Shown: positions 16,280 to 31,272, numbered from the stretch's first letter. The stretch: DNA of 64,000 bases from the human T2T-CHM13v2.0 reference genome, Homo sapiens (GCF_009914755.1 NC_060925.1), one strand, 5' to 3'. Notes: generated by a model not told the origin, from the letters alone. Numbers and translations are program-made.

Positions 16280-17025
16280 TTAGCCTAAAGCAGATAGCAC
16301 TAATTGTGAGCAGTTACTATATGCCTGACACTTGCTAAGTGCCATACACACATTTCACTACATTTTTACAACAGTGCTGTGAGGTAGTTCCTATGTTACC
16401 AGCTTTTATAGAAAAAGGAAGTTTAACGTCAAAGAAAGTAATTAGAACTTCTCAACATAGAATGCCTAAAATATTATATCCTGTTGCCCACTGAGGAAAG
16501 TGGATGAGGATGTCTGGCATTAGGGGCAACTGACCAAAGGTCCCAATCAAGCCAATCTCTGGGCAAACCTGTAACCCACAGCACAGCCATGTGCATTATG
16601 ATGGTGGTTTCAAGCTACCATTGTTGATGATTTTTCCTTCTTTTTTTTTTTTGGAAGGCTATTTATATTACTGCTTTCTGGAATCATCAGTTCATATACT
16701 TGTCCTGTTTTCATCCTTTGAAAAAAAAATTGTCTTTTCCTTATTGATTTGCAAAACTGACTTAGATATGGAGAGGTGGGCAAGTCTCGGGCGCTGGACT
16801 CAAACTTCCTGGGTTAATGTACTGGCACTGTTCATGCACTGCTCATGGTAATGTTCTGTCACTTGCTAACTGTGGCAACTGTCAAGTTACTTAACCACCT
16901 TTGCCTCAGTGAAATGACAATTATAACAGAACCCACCCCTTGTGGTTCTTATGAAACAGTACCCATGAGCTATTGAGAACACTGCCTGTTACACAGGAAG
17001 CACTCATAAATGTTAATCATTATGT
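16280..17025. mobile_element. Degenerate MIR fragments (- ~16280-16450; + ~16770-17025)
   Basis: caagttacttaaccacctttgcctcagt core. Confidence 0.55.
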
Positions 17026-17179
17026 CATGGATACTAGCACTTTGTTACATACACTGCAAATATTTTTCCAATATGTCTCCTTCTTGTCAACTTTGTGAGG
17101 TTTTTGATATATATTTAACTTTTGATGATGAATGACTTTAAAACAAACTCACAAAAGTTAAAAGTAAATAACTTGTTTA

Positions 17180-17885
17180 AGGGGAAAGAGGATGCTAGAG
17201 GCTGGGAAGGGTAGGAGGAAGGAAAGGATAGGTCTAGATTTCAAAATTACAGCTAGATAGGAGGGAGAGGGTTTATTGTTCAATAGCACTATAGGATGAC
17301 TGTAGTAAACAATCATATATTATATAGTTTCAAATAGCTAGAAGGAGGACATTGAATGTTCCTAACACAAAGAAATGATTAATGCTTGAGATGATGAATA
17401 TGCTAATTACACTGATATAATCACTGATGTGGTTTGGCCGTGTGCCCACCCAAATCTCATCTTGAATTGTAGTTCTCATAATCCCCATGTGTTGTGGGAG
17501 GGACCTGGTGGGAGGTAATTTAATCGTGGACGTGGTTATCCTTATGCTGGTCTCGTGATAGTGCGTAAATTCTCATGAATCTGATGGTTTTATAAGGGGC
17601 TTTTCCCCCTTTTGCTTGGCATTTCTCCTTGCTGCCGCCATGTGAAGAAGGACATGTTTGCTTCCCCTTCTGCCATGATTGTAAGTTTCCTGAGGCCTCC
17701 CTAGCTATGTTGAACTGTGAGTTAATTAAACCTCTTTCCTTTATAAATTACCCAGTCTCAGATATGTCTTTATAGGCAGCATGAGAATGGACTAATATGA
17801 TCACTATACATTGTATGTATGTATGTACTTATGCTCCCCATAAGTATGTACAATTATGTGTCAATTAGAAATCAAAAATTTTTTA
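17180..17885 (+). mobile_element. L1MA-type 3' end interrupted by THE1 LTR
   Basis: caaaattacagctagatagg...cacaaagaaatgattaatgcttgag; resumes after 17804 and ends A-rich. Confidence 0.85.
17425..17799 (+). mobile_element. THE1D-like MaLR solo LTR
   Basis: tgatgtggtttggc...cccaaatctcatcttgaattgtag...ggactaata; 5-bp TSD ATCAC at 17420-17424 and 17800-17804. Confidence 0.92.
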
Positions 17886-20759
17886 AAAAGTTTGTTTAAA
17901 AGAGGTACGCATAGTTAATAGCAGTGATAAAATACATATGTAGAAGAAGACACCCACAACTATTCTGATAACACTTTATTTTATTCTTTTATCTATTTAT
18001 CCCAATGATTTCCTACAATAGAAGAAAGCAAATAATCTATGTTATATTTACTAGTTAATTTCTTCAGGCTTTTCCCCCTACCCTTGTTCATCTTTTGGCA
18101 GTCTGAAATGGAGAAAGCATTTTCATCATCTCTAAGGAACTGCAGGGCTCGGGGATGCTTGAGTTTGATGCCCTTCCTGTACAGCACCGCACTATCACTG
18201 TAATGCACTCAGAGTCATCATTCAAAACCTTGGCCAATTGAATTAGGAACTCTGGAGCATAGGGGTTACAGCAACGATTTAATTGCCATCCAGGCAGCCA
18301 CCCAGGGGGACTGGACTACTAGGTTGAGAGATGGTGCCACCATTGAAGGATGGTCCCTATATCAGTGTTATGTGTATTACGTGAATGACAGGCTAATACA
18401 ATTCCTCGTCCACAGAGAGCTGGTAAGAAAAATGCACTCCAAATGGAACCAGTAAGAATCGTTGTAAGTCAGAAGATAAATTGCCATGACTTTTTTTAAC
18501 CTAAAGTAATGGTCTCTTTCTGATTTTTATATTTTTTTCTTGGAAGGATAACCACCCATTAAAAAATATAAGCTTGACAGAGTCTTGCTGTTCTTTTATA
18601 AACCATATTAGATATGATAATTTTCCTACTTGGTTTATCTACTGTACGACCAGCTATAACTTTATCAAAGGAAAAGTCGAAAGGTACAGATTTTTTTAAA
18701 AAAGAAGAAATCAACAATGAAAAGCATAAATATCTCACATACTTCAGATCTCTGAAAGTAGTGATCATGTTGGCTTGAATCTTGGTAAAATAGGTTATTG
18801 TTTAGAGAACCCAGCGAACTTAGAAAGGTTCATATCACACCAGTGTTCAGCAAGGTACACATGATTTGTATTATTATTATACATGTCAATAAAGAAAACT
18901 ATATGTGCCAAAATTTTACATGACAATAAAGAAAATTACAACACTGGTACAATTTTTAAACATGTTCAGAATAACCAAATGTGTTCTATCAACAAACACA
19001 GTTAATCAGCGTTTGGATGTTCTCAATTCTTTAGGTGATTCCAGCATCCGTTGATCAAACTCCAGGCCAAAAACTCCTTCAAGCCATGGGTCTGCCAGAA
19101 AGGAACTGGCAAAGGTTTCCCCACTTTGCTACAGCCTGGCTGGGGACCAGTGTGAAAATCTATATAGATGAACATACAAATAAATCTACCATCCATATTA
19201 AAAAGAGGGATCTATCATCAGCTTAATTTTGGTCCCTAGGTGATGCCTGTCTTAAACTTGTTATGATAATGTGGCTGGCGTTGAGGAGAATATTTGGCTA
19301 ATGGTGCATTAAAATATAGTCACTCATATATTAAGAAGTTAAGGGAATATTATAATTATTGAGATAACTCAATAAGCATCTGTCTGGATTGGTACTAATG
19401 TGTGCTAGTGTGTGCACATGTAAGTTAAATATAAACAGATCCTTCATCCTCTAAAAGCTTTATAAGAGTGGCATATGCATGAACAGACTGACATACACAA
19501 ATGCCAACACCAACCAAAGCAGTAAATTGAACCAAATATTTGCATGATGTACAATTGCTTGTACAATGCTTGAAAGATGAAATTTGAAACATGAAATTTG
19601 TCTATCAGAATATTTGCTCTTGAGAGAGAAATTATCTCATTAATTCCAGTTACTCATGGAAATTTTTTAATAAGATAGTCCTCCATAAAATATGTCTCTA
19701 TATTTTAAGGGGCATCTGGATGATAGATGCTCAGTAAATTTTTGCAGAGGGAAGGAAAGAAAGATAAGTTACGTTTGGAAAGAAAGTCTCAGGTTTGTGT
19801 GGCGAGAAGATTTAGAACCTACAAAACGTAGACAATTTGATTGAGGGTTCTTGGAAAATATCTTTGTTAAACAAAACAGACAAAAAACAGGCAAATAAGT
19901 AGAACCTTAGAGAGAGGAGAGATGAAATGGAAATTTAATTATAGTTTAATGCTTCTCAGATTTTTATAACATTTTCCTGCTTATGTTTGGCAAACATAAT
20001 AATGATTGATTAATTGTATCAGATGAAACGATAACAATAGAGCCGCTTGTCCTGTTTTTAAAGTTTTTTTGTTTGTTTGTTTGTTTGTTTCCCAACTTCT
20101 ATTCCCACTTGTTGGGAAAGGTGGAACTCTTTTGCTCAGGATGGTATAAGACTGATGTGGAGACCTTTGGCTCTCTCTGTCTGATGTCATGACTATGGAA
20201 AAAACTATTGAAAAGGTTTTTCTGATACGAAGTGAGAACCATTAATTTTCTCTCATTAGATTTTGATGTGTAAGACCTTAGTTTCAAACCAGTGGGCTTC
20301 TGCACTGCCAGGTGGGGGTAGTGTGTGTTTCAGTAGGGCTGTGTTCAAAAGAAAGTGTGGCCAATCATAATGCCAGGGTTGTCTTGATTATGATGTTGAG
20401 ATATTCAACCTGGCCAGACAATAAGGCCTACAGTGACAGCCCTACATTGTTTGGGCAGGGACCCTTCCAACCCTCCAGAAGCGGCATAGTCAGAAAAGAA
20501 GTGGAGAAAACCACCATAACTACTTTGAAGAAAAAAAGAAGGAAATCACAAAAGAAGCCCATGACCGGGGAATCTGATTACAAAGAAATGAATAAAAACC
20601 AAAATTCCCATTTCTCAAAGTGGGCATTTGAAAATCATACATTTTATGATCTGAGTTTTCCCTTTCTGCCAGCTAGTGGGTTTGGTTTTCAGTATTCTGA
20701 AAGGAACTGAAGTGTAGTAAGTGGCAAGCCATTCCCCACCCACAGAAGCATGCAACCTG

Positions 20760-20960
20760 CTCTAATAAAGATAGCAGGGTCTTTGGAATCAGGTCCAAGT
20801 TTAAATTCTAGCTTTGTTCTTTACCTGTTATGTGATTTTCGACAAGTTAGTTAACCTTTTGGAGTCTCACTGTCCTTTCCTGTAAAATGGAGATAATGGG
20901 ATCTATTCAACAGGATTATTGCAAGGATTTGATGCTATAAAGTCACCTAGCATTACTGCC
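20760..20960 (+). mobile_element. MIR SINE
   Basis: gacaagttagttaaccttttggagtctcactgtcctttcctgtaaaatggagataat. Confidence 0.75.
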
Positions 20961-21109
20961 TGTGAAATGTTAGTTTTCCTGCTAATGAAGAAAGTGGGGA
21001 GTAAAGAGAACCTATTTCTGAGAGAGAACCCATTAAAAAGTTTCCATGCATTTTTGTAGTTTCAGTAATGTAGTGATGCTCAGTAATAAACCAAATCTGA
21101 AAATTTAGC

Positions 21110-21530
21110 CAAAGGATAGAATTATGATGTTGTACAAATATTTATCTAAAAGAATGTTACTTGTAGGTTTGTTCATAATGGAGAAAATTAGAAATCATCT
21201 ACATGTTCAACATGGGATTGCTTAAACAGATTATAGCAAGTGTACTTGATATAATACTAAGCAGCCATTAAAAAAGTCTTGGAGCTGGATATGTAAAGTT
21301 ATGGAAAATGTTTACAGTGTTGCACTGAAAAAAAAAAAAAAACTGCCAAATCGAGTTACTAGAGGATTCTGGTTTTAAAATAGAAAATTATGTAAGTATT
21401 ATTAAAGCACATATTAAAACTTTGTCTCCTTGGGGTAATATTGTGGGTGATTTAGTTTATGTCTTTGGTTAATTTTGGTATTTCATGTTTTTCAACAGTA
21501 GTCAGAATTAATTTTGTAATGGAAATGTAC
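21110..21530 (+). mobile_element. Old L1M(E) 3' fragment
   Basis: ttgttcataatggagaaaattagaaatcatctacatgttcaaca...gcagccattaaaaa. Confidence 0.55.
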
Positions 21531-21811
21531 TTTAAAAATTATTCTTAGGATTACATTTTAATAGAACAATTGGTTGGTGACACAGTTTTCACAATCACAG
21601 GGTCAAAAGATAAAAAATAGTGGAATAAATATTAGATGAATTATTTTTCTGCATCTGTCTCAATAACACAGGTGAATCTGTATGGTTGATGATGCTTATC
21701 AATGTCTGGTTTATTTCTGATTTTTAGATACTTTAATGTTATTTCTATATTAATATTTTGTCTTTATATTATAGATTATGAGGGTGTGATATTTTATATT
21801 ATATATATAAA

Positions 21812-22114
21812 TTATTTATTTATTTTTATTTTTAGAGACAGGCTCTCACTCTATTGACCAGGCTAGAGAGCAATGGTGAAATCACAGGTCACTGCAGTCT
21901 TGAACTCTGGGCTCAAGAGAGCTTCCCACCTCAGCTTCCCCAGAAGCTAGGACTATAGATGCTTGCCACCACACCCAGCTAATTTTTAATTTTTTTGTAA
22001 AGACAGGGTCTCACTGTGTTGCCCAGGCTGGTCTCAAACTCCTGGCTTCAAGTGATCCTCCTGCCTTGGCCCCCAAAGTGCTGGGATTATTGGTGTGAGC
22101 CACTGCATTCGGGC
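21812..22114 (-). mobile_element. AluJ
   Basis: Dimeric Alu with J-type diagnostics (ctgcagtcttgaactctgggctcaag), heavy CpG decay. Confidence 0.92.
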
Positions 22115-23015
22115 TTTTATGTTTTAAAATATGATATAATATGATACCTTCAACAACCAGAAGCATTTTAGTTTATATTATAATTAGCTCCTTTAAAATG
22201 ATCAAGATAAAAAGTTTAGGTAGAGCACTTGGTTTTCATCTGGTCGTTTTTATAGAGAGACGTTTTGGTTTTTGACTGAGCATGTTAAGACAATAGATAT
22301 TGCTTTTAATTAGAAAACTAAATAAATGTTGAAATTTAATTCACTGAAAAATAATAGTGGTTTAAAAAATGCACTACTCTATGCATTCGTTTATTTATTA
22401 TTTCACCAATTATGCCTTTCTTCTATTCAAATATAGTTGGAGTTTGAAATAAAAATGTGTAATATGGCATTTACAATATGGTTCTAAATATAATAAAATA
22501 ATCTAGGAACAACAACGTTCCTACTGTTCTTCAGTCTCATTTTAGACTACACAAATCACAAATCTAAAAAAAAAAGAACTAGCTATGCATTTGCTTAAAA
22601 TAGATTCCATAGATAGTTTATAATAGGCCTTTGTTGTAAGGAAAATAATCCAATCGTTCCATTAGGATAGTTAATAATTTTGGAGAATTTAGGGAATCAA
22701 ATTTTATTTTAATGAAAGTTATAAGATCTCTGTTTAATTTGAATCTGGAGTTAGCTGATATATAGTATTTTTTTTTTTTTTTTTGGTATCACGAGGTTAA
22801 TATGGCAGATACTTTGCCAAGACAAGTTGTCTTCACAAGCTTTTGCATCAACTATTTTTAGTTATTTATTTTCTAGGCAATCTCATGATTTATTTCTGCA
22901 AAATCACTTTTATTAATTATGAAGTAGATCTGATTTGTCCACTTGGGAGAGTAAAAATATATGAACCTTTTGAAATTCAGTACATTGATGTATGCCTTAA
23001 GAGTAAAGACAGTTA

Positions 23016-23341
<326 letters not shown>

Positions 23342-24071
23342 GACGATTAGGGATTAAGAATGCACAGAATGTGAACGTAGCTTCCTATTGTCTTACCACA
23401 TCATCCTTTGATAAAGGATACAAAAACAGAATTCCTGGGTGACGTAACTCTAAGACTGCAATTGACTTCAGTGGTCATAAATGTCTTGTGCTGATATCAG
23501 GTTTTAGTGAACTATTAAATATATTTTAAAATTTATTAAGTTCCTGCTTTATATCCACATAATATTGTATCATGTAATCCATTATATCATATAATGTGAT
23601 CTCATACTATTAGATACTTACATATTTTCTATTAAGCATTTTTAATGACTGCATAATATTTCTGTGTTTGAATAAAGTATGATTTACTTAACCATTTATT
23701 ATGTTTAATATTAAGGTTTTGTTGAACATTTTATTGACAAATATGATACTCTGATGAACACATTTAACCTCAGTCTTTGTCTATGTCTGATGATTGCTAT
23801 GTCAGATTTTTAAATATGTATATAAATGTGTTTAAATACATTGTCAGGATCTAAATTGATTTCTTGCAATGAGGCATGACTAACATGAGTGCCATTGAGT
23901 GCCAGCCATATGTTAGCACTGTTCTAGGGGCAGGACATCATTTATACTGATGCCACTGAAATGGCTCTTGTCAAGGTCACTGTGAACCTATAAGTTGCAA
24001 AATCAAATGGTCAATTTTCATCTTTTTTTTTGATGGATTCATTAATGGCATTTGACACAATTACTTAACTA

Positions 24072-24163
24072 TGAGGTTGGTGCAAAAGTAATTGCAGTTT
24101 TTGCTTGCAGTTTTTGGTATTACTTTTAATGCAAACACCGCAATTACCTTTGCACCAACCTAA
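24072..24163. mobile_element. MADE1 mariner MITE, full length, palindromic
   Basis: TIRs aggttggtgcaaaagtaattgc / gcaattacctttgcaccaacct, TA on both sides, internal 13-nt duplication. Confidence 0.95.
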
Positions 24164-25052
24164 TAATTAAAGACATATTGTTTTCTTCATATCTGAGATA
24201 CTGTTCTTTCTTGGTTCACCTTTCACTTAATTGACTGCTCTTTCTTTGCTTATCTTCATTTTCCTGACCTGCACATCTTAGAGTGACCCAAGCTCACCTC
24301 TCAAATTTCTCTTCTTTGTGGTAGTCACAACCTAGATGGTCTCTTGTCTACCCATAGCTTTACATTCCATCTGTTCCCTGATAAGAGCCAAATTTATTTA
24401 TCAATCCCTGACTTTTCCCTAAACTCTGAAGTAAGAAGCACAACCATCAACATGGCCTTGCCCCTTAATATCTAATAGCCATTTCAAACTTAACATGTCC
24501 AGAACTGAACTATTGATTTTGTGCTCTCCTACTAGCAAAACAAACAAATAAATAAACCGGACTCTGAAGTTGTTCCCTTCCTCCTTCAATAAATGGCAAC
24601 TCCAGTCACATAATTTCTCTGTTCAAAACCTTGGGGCCACCGTATCTTTTATTCAACAAATAATAAATGAGTGGCCCCAGGCTCTATGTAGGTGCTGGGG
24701 ATCCATCGGGGGACATATACATACATACATAATCGTAATGGAGTTTACATTCTAGTGAACTTGATTTTTGTCTCTTTGTCTCCATCATTCCATCAGCAAA
24801 TTCTGTTGATTCAGAATTCATAATATTCAAGTTTCATAATATATGTGAATCCGGCCACTTTCCATAATCTCTGCCGTTTTCCATCCAGTCAAGACATCAT
24901 CTTTTTCTTGGACTGTTGCATTAGTCTTCTAACTGGTCTTCTTTGCTCCTGTCTTTGCTCTAGTAAAGTTTTTTTCAATACAACACTCAGAGTGATCCTT
25001 TTAAAACTGATGACAGATTATGTCACTCTTCAATTTAAAATCCTTCCCTGTA

Positions 25053-25085
25053 ATAAAGAAAGAACAAAAGAAAGGAAGGAAGGAA

Positions 25086-25138
<53 letters not shown>

Positions 25139-25200
25139 GAAGGAAGGAAGAAAGGAAGGAAGGAAGAAAGGAAGAAAGGAAGAAAGGAAGAAAGAAAGAA
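25053..25200. repeat. Compound (GAAA)n/(GGAA)n microsatellite
   Basis: ~150 nt of almost pure purine. Confidence 0.97.
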
Positions 25201-28200
25201 ACATCCTTCCCAGTTAAAAATGAAACACAAAGTCCTTGCCATGAACTTCTAGACCTACAGTAGGAACTCAAGAGATATGAGGGTTGAAGGGCTGGATAAG
25301 AGAGTGAAAGGATGTAATTTACAGACCTATGTAGAGACCACCTGAAAAATAACAATTTCAAAGCCCAAATCAGGCTTATTATTATGGTTGTCTATGGTGG
25401 AGGTGGTGGATTGTACTAACAGAGCTCTGAATATTTGATTGAAAAATAGTCAATCAAGTTTTTGATATGAAGACCAATCTGGTTAGACATGGCCATGACT
25501 GCTCCAGGAAGAGGAAAGAATCCTAAACTCAATCTTTTCAATAGGAAGGAGATTGAGTTGACATAAAGGCTTTACTCTTAGCCTTTTACTATTCTCTTTT
25601 ATGTGGCATTAAAGAGCTATAAATTCAGATACTCAAGTTATGATTCAATCTATCCATATAAAATTCTTGATTTATTTGAATCATATGTATCTATTGCCCA
25701 GTGGTTATGCATATCAGTCACTCTGCACCCACCTCATCTGTTATCGTTAACAGAAACTGGTTGACCAAGCTTGGCAAGGTACCCAGACTTTAATCCATAA
25801 GTGGAAACAAGGAAAAAAAATCAATTCTTTTTGGTTAACATGTGTGAAATTAAAACACTTCTAGTTTAAACACTGCCTGGGCTAAAAGAACTAAGTTTGC
25901 CTATCATTTAAAAAATAGAAACATTTGTTACAACTTTCCTGTTAATGTGTTGGTCAGTAGCAAATTTCACTTAGTGGAATGCAATATTAATTTTAGTAGC
26001 TAGCTCAGTGGCTTGCCTTACAAAGGGGCTATTTGCTGCTTTCTTTCTTTTAAAAAATGGGAGCAATTATTTGTGCTTATGAGAGCGATGGGAGCAACCA
26101 CACACTAAAAATAGAAATTATGAAATTAGCCACAGGCAAATTACAGAGCAGGGACAAGTTCACGAACGTTTCCTCTGACTGGCCTGCTGCTGACCTCCCT
26201 CTTGAAGTGGACAGGCTATTTACTTGAATGGATGACATATTGGGGAACCTCCTTTACTAACCTGGTTCCGTGTCTCTCTAGCTCAAAATGCCAATTGAGG
26301 GCTTAGTTTGATGCTGCATTTTGGTTCCAGAGACAAATCTGTTAGAGCCATAGCTGAGAGTAGAAAATACATTATGTCAGAGCCACCTGTTAAATTTGAG
26401 CCATAACCTTTGGACTGGGTGACAGTTTTGTGGTTTTTAATTCTACTTTCATGTCTTTGAACTTTAAGCTGCTTCTGTGAAAAGTCACCCTTAATTGATA
26501 TATTTAATGCAAGAAAATGTTTTGAATCAAAGTGTTCTTTGTTATTACTACCCAAAATACATATATCCATCCCCCAAACATAGTCAATTAAAAAAATCTG
26601 ATTCATCTTTGGAGAAGAGAAAGAGAAAGAGAAAAAAAAAATATGTCAGTGGGGAAAGGCTCTAAACAAAATCACATTTAGTGATCAGATTCTCTGTTTT
26701 CTAGGCTGCTGTTGCCAAGACATCTGTGATTATTATCCTTTTTGTATCAGGTTGAATACACAGAAGCAAACAGAGCTTGTACTTAGCAAAATGAAATATA
26801 AGAATCGTTTGGGTGTAGGTGTAAAGGAAGTGATAGAGTTCAGAGGAACAGATGTTCTAAGAGTTATTAAAACTTTGCAAAATGAAATTTCATATCCTAT
26901 CTCTAATTACTGCATTGCTCTTCTTGGAATCTGATGAGTCAAACCTGTTAAAATTCTTGAAGAGAGTGAAGGGAAATGGCATGGAAAGGCCAAAGCAACT
27001 TTCAGCCACTGACAACTTTCAACCTAAGACATGTTGACTCTCTCCAGCTAATCATCCACAAGGCCACAGCACTGCCCACATAAATGCCAGAAAAGAGCAC
27101 TTTTAGCTGCATGTTTTGCATTTTTTAAGTATGTTATTAGAATTTCTCTCAAAACCCCCTGCTATATCACTGTGCTCAAAATAACTGCTCTTTGATTTGC
27201 TCAACTTTGTGTTTGCAATACTCTAAAACTCAGATTCCATTTTGTTTTGCAATGCCAAGTTATCTAAGCATGCATTTCTTTCCATACAAAATTAGGCTTT
27301 CTGCACTCACAGATTGGAAGCTAAAGGCTTCATATTTATTATCTTTAAGGTGCTGTGTTAATGAAAGAATTTTAATCATTGACATTGCTCTGTGAATTAT
27401 GTATTACAAAAACCCCTGCTGGTGAGTTAGACAAAATTAACCTACTGTAAGGGGCATTAAAAAAAAATCACAGCTAATTAGTAAGCCAACAGGAACAAAG
27501 AGAATGTAAAACAAAGATGTTGAGAACAAGACATTGAGGTAGGAACTGCTGTCTTCTTTTCAGATGTGGCTCCTTCTTTCATGTGGGCTACATTTGTAAT
27601 ACTGCCTGCCATTGCTGGAATCTTCCTCCAATCTGATATGTTCCATTAGACTTGAGCATTTTTATGTTTTGTAATTAGTTTTCTAAGCTATAGTCTCTTC
27701 ACTCTTTCAAACTGTGGAAATCCAAAGGCTCATAATAGAAAATGGAAGATATTTTTAAATGCTTTAAAATTATTTCCCAAGCGATATATATTAGAGACGT
27801 AAGGCAATTCACAAGGATTATAATGGGAAATGATTTCTATCGCTTTTTTTTTTCCCTTGAATCACTCTGTATGCTTATCATATATCCTGTATCCATTCCT
27901 GTATTTTAAAGGAGCAAAACTTTGTCCAGGCTCCCTTCCTGATGGAGTTCCATGTGGAGCGGACAAAGGCAGGCATGGGTTTAAATCACAGGCCACTTGC
28001 CTCCTTAGCATTTCCTCCAGCCGACATCCAAGGGCTATGCATCACTCTGCTGGTGCAGGGGCTGGGAGGAGACAATTGACCCTGAGAGGCTGCCAGAGAG
28101 GTGCTCATGCTGGTCCCCATTTGTTTATAATTGCTCTTTCTAAGTTATAGGTGGAGATAAAGCAACCAAAATGGGACAAGCAGAGGCAAGAGACGACAAT

Positions 28201-29349
28201 AATGTCTCTCTCAATTTTTCCCTGCTCAACAGAGGCCCCAAGCATTAAAAAGGATAAGACAGTTCTTTGACCTTTTGTTTTCTTCTGCATGATTTCCTTT
28301 ATTTTATTTTTTTTCATGTTAAATATTCTCCCTTACCTAACAATAACCAAGACTATTGTGTTTCTGATGAGAACCTGATTTGTTGGTTTTTAGAGAAAGA
28401 CTCATTAATCTTTCCTCTTTCATCCTGCTAGCTTACTGTCAGAGTAACCTCCAACTCTTGGGTGATTTAAAATAAAAGCAAACTGAGTAATTTTTTACAA
28501 GTCTTGCCTTTTTTAGGCAAAAGAAAATGGTCAAAGAATCCATAGCAAGGAAAGGATTCATATTTTAGAAGGGACTTAAATCTCAGAAGGATACAGAAAG
28601 GCAGCAATAGGATGTGAGCACTTCATGTGGGAATTTGGGCCCCCGTCGCATTCAACTTTGAGTAGCAGGCATCTCTTTCATGTCATTCTTCACTGCTTTT
28701 GCTGGGCTTAGAGACCTTAAAGAATGTTCCATGTTTCAATTCAGATGAGTTTCTTTTTTATTACAAGATCAGTGAAAACAGGTTGGAATCCTGTAAAAAG
28801 TTTGAATGTTCTTGAGTCTAAGAGTTCTCTTCCCTTGCTTTCTACTTTCCTCACCATGATAAGAAGAGAAAGGCCCAGGAACCTACCTTTCTCTCCTACA
28901 GCCTCTCCACCACCATCTCTTGGAACCATTATGCTCCTGTTCCTATTAACGTCAGTCAACACAGGAGCCCCCAGGTCCCAGGTCTCCTTTTTTACCCTGT
29001 TTCTACCACACTCTAGTCCCCACAGAGCTTATCCATACCTTTCCTTCAAACACCTGACATCCTTCCAATGGGACTTCTGTTCCATTATAAGTAAAATATC
29101 CTGTATTCTTGACTTTATCTTTAAATATTCCCTGCATTGTTGCATTAGAATCGGAATCTAGTGCTCGTCTGGGACTTACATCCTGATATCCCTCTCGGGT
29201 GGTAATTTCTGTGGCCTCCCCACAGCTTCTGCCCACCAGCTGGAGGTGGAGTGGCTGCTCTGGCTTCTCTTGCCGCTTCCAGAGCAGTCTCTTTCCCCCA
29301 CTCTAAGAAAACCCAAGCTTCATCTCAGTCTGTCAGCTGGCCCCATTGT

Positions 29350-30110
29350 TGCTGACATCTACTGATGTCTGGATGGTTTTCCTTCTTTGTTTGAGGACTT
29401 TTGCTCCTGGTTCATGGCCACTCTGTTCAGGATTACCTCTGACTTCATGACTTCATTCGTGGTAATTTCAATATGGCAGAGTTGATCTAACACCTGGCCC
29501 CTCAGTTCCTTGACCTTCTCTCTGCTAAGAATCCTTATGTTCCCCTTACTTTTGTCCCTTCTTTCTGAGATCACATGCTTAGAACTACATCCAATCATTA
29601 TCAATCACAGCATCTCCCCAGAATCTGAATTTCCTGCCGCATGTTCTCTGAACACTGCTTCCTCTCCTAGATAGAGTTCCAGGCCTTTCTCTCTCTCTCT
29701 TTCTCTGTCTCTCTTTTCCCATCCTAAATGATCTTTAGGTACCACTGTGACATCTAATCTATTGGGAGGATTACTTTACACTTTCCTCACCAACCCAATG
29801 TTCTTGACAACCAAATATTATAATTATGCCTTGCAGACACCCTAACCCCACCCCACTCTTGCTCTGTGGTATTCACTTGAGAAAACCAAAATCTTGATTG
29901 TATCCAACTCTTTGCCTTCTTTACGCCTGAAACTAGACAGATGTATATGATTAGAAACAAACACAAAATCACATAGTATGATTTCATTTCATGCTCATAA
30001 CCAAGAACAGAAAAGTAGGCTTTGCCTGCTGCTGAGTAGTAGTAGTATATGTTTTTAGTGCATTCACTCCCCTACTTTCCTGGGCAGTTTACAAATTCTC
30101 CTCTTCTGTT
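29350..30110 (+). mobile_element. L2 internal fragment
   Basis: ggtaatttcaatat...cctcagttccttgaccttctc...gaaaaccaaaatcttgatt. Confidence 0.6.
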
Positions 30111-30184
30111 TAATCTCATGCATAATGTATTATAAAATATTAGACTCTTGGACAGTTTATTAATATACTATACTCTTTAAAGGT

Positions 30185-30390
30185 TTCCTGAGAGCTCCAC
30201 CACCTTATAGCTGTGTGATCTTGGACAAGTTGTTTAACTTCTCTGTACTGCAACTTGCTCATCTATAAGATGAATATATTATACTTATATCATTGGATTT
30301 TTATAAGGGTTAATTGAAATAATATCTATAAAGTCCTGAGGATACCACTCGATACATAGTTGGGACCCAATATATATTAAATTATTACTA
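30185..30390 (+). mobile_element. MIR SINE
   Basis: tagctgtgtgatcttggacaagttgtttaacttctctgt. Confidence 0.8.
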
Positions 30391-30639
30391 CATTTACTTT
30401 TTTGAATCAGGAATTCCATTTTCCTGCTTCTATAAACTCCTACTCATCTTCAAAGCCCAGGAAATAAATTTTCCCTTCTAATGAATTTGTCCTGCCATGT
30501 ATCTTACTATAGCATCCTGTGCAGGTCTATTGCAGAAGTCATTACATTGCATTGTAATTGTTTCTTATACATCTGGCTCCTCAGCTGTAGTATCTTGTCC
30601 TTGATAACCCTCCATATGTCTTGTTTAAAGTTGCCTCTT

Positions 30640-31272
<633 letters not shown>

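Larger units (their letters stand above)
23940..25250 (+). mobile_element. L2 LINE fragment with nested insertions
   Basis: gctcttgtcaaggtcac, caaacttaacatgtcc, cagagtgatccttttaaaac L2 hallmarks; hosts MADE1, an antisense L2 tail (~24640-24755) and a GAAA array. Confidence 0.8.

Noticed and set aside
20312-20710. 132-aa ORF with an NLS-like KKKRRK
   Set aside because: Non-ATG start, basic run derives from an A-rich tract, no recognisable homology or splice structure
24845-25361. Lys/Glu/Arg-rich and Phe/Leu/Ser-rich ORFs
   Set aside because: Stop-free reading of the GAAA/GGAA microsatellite
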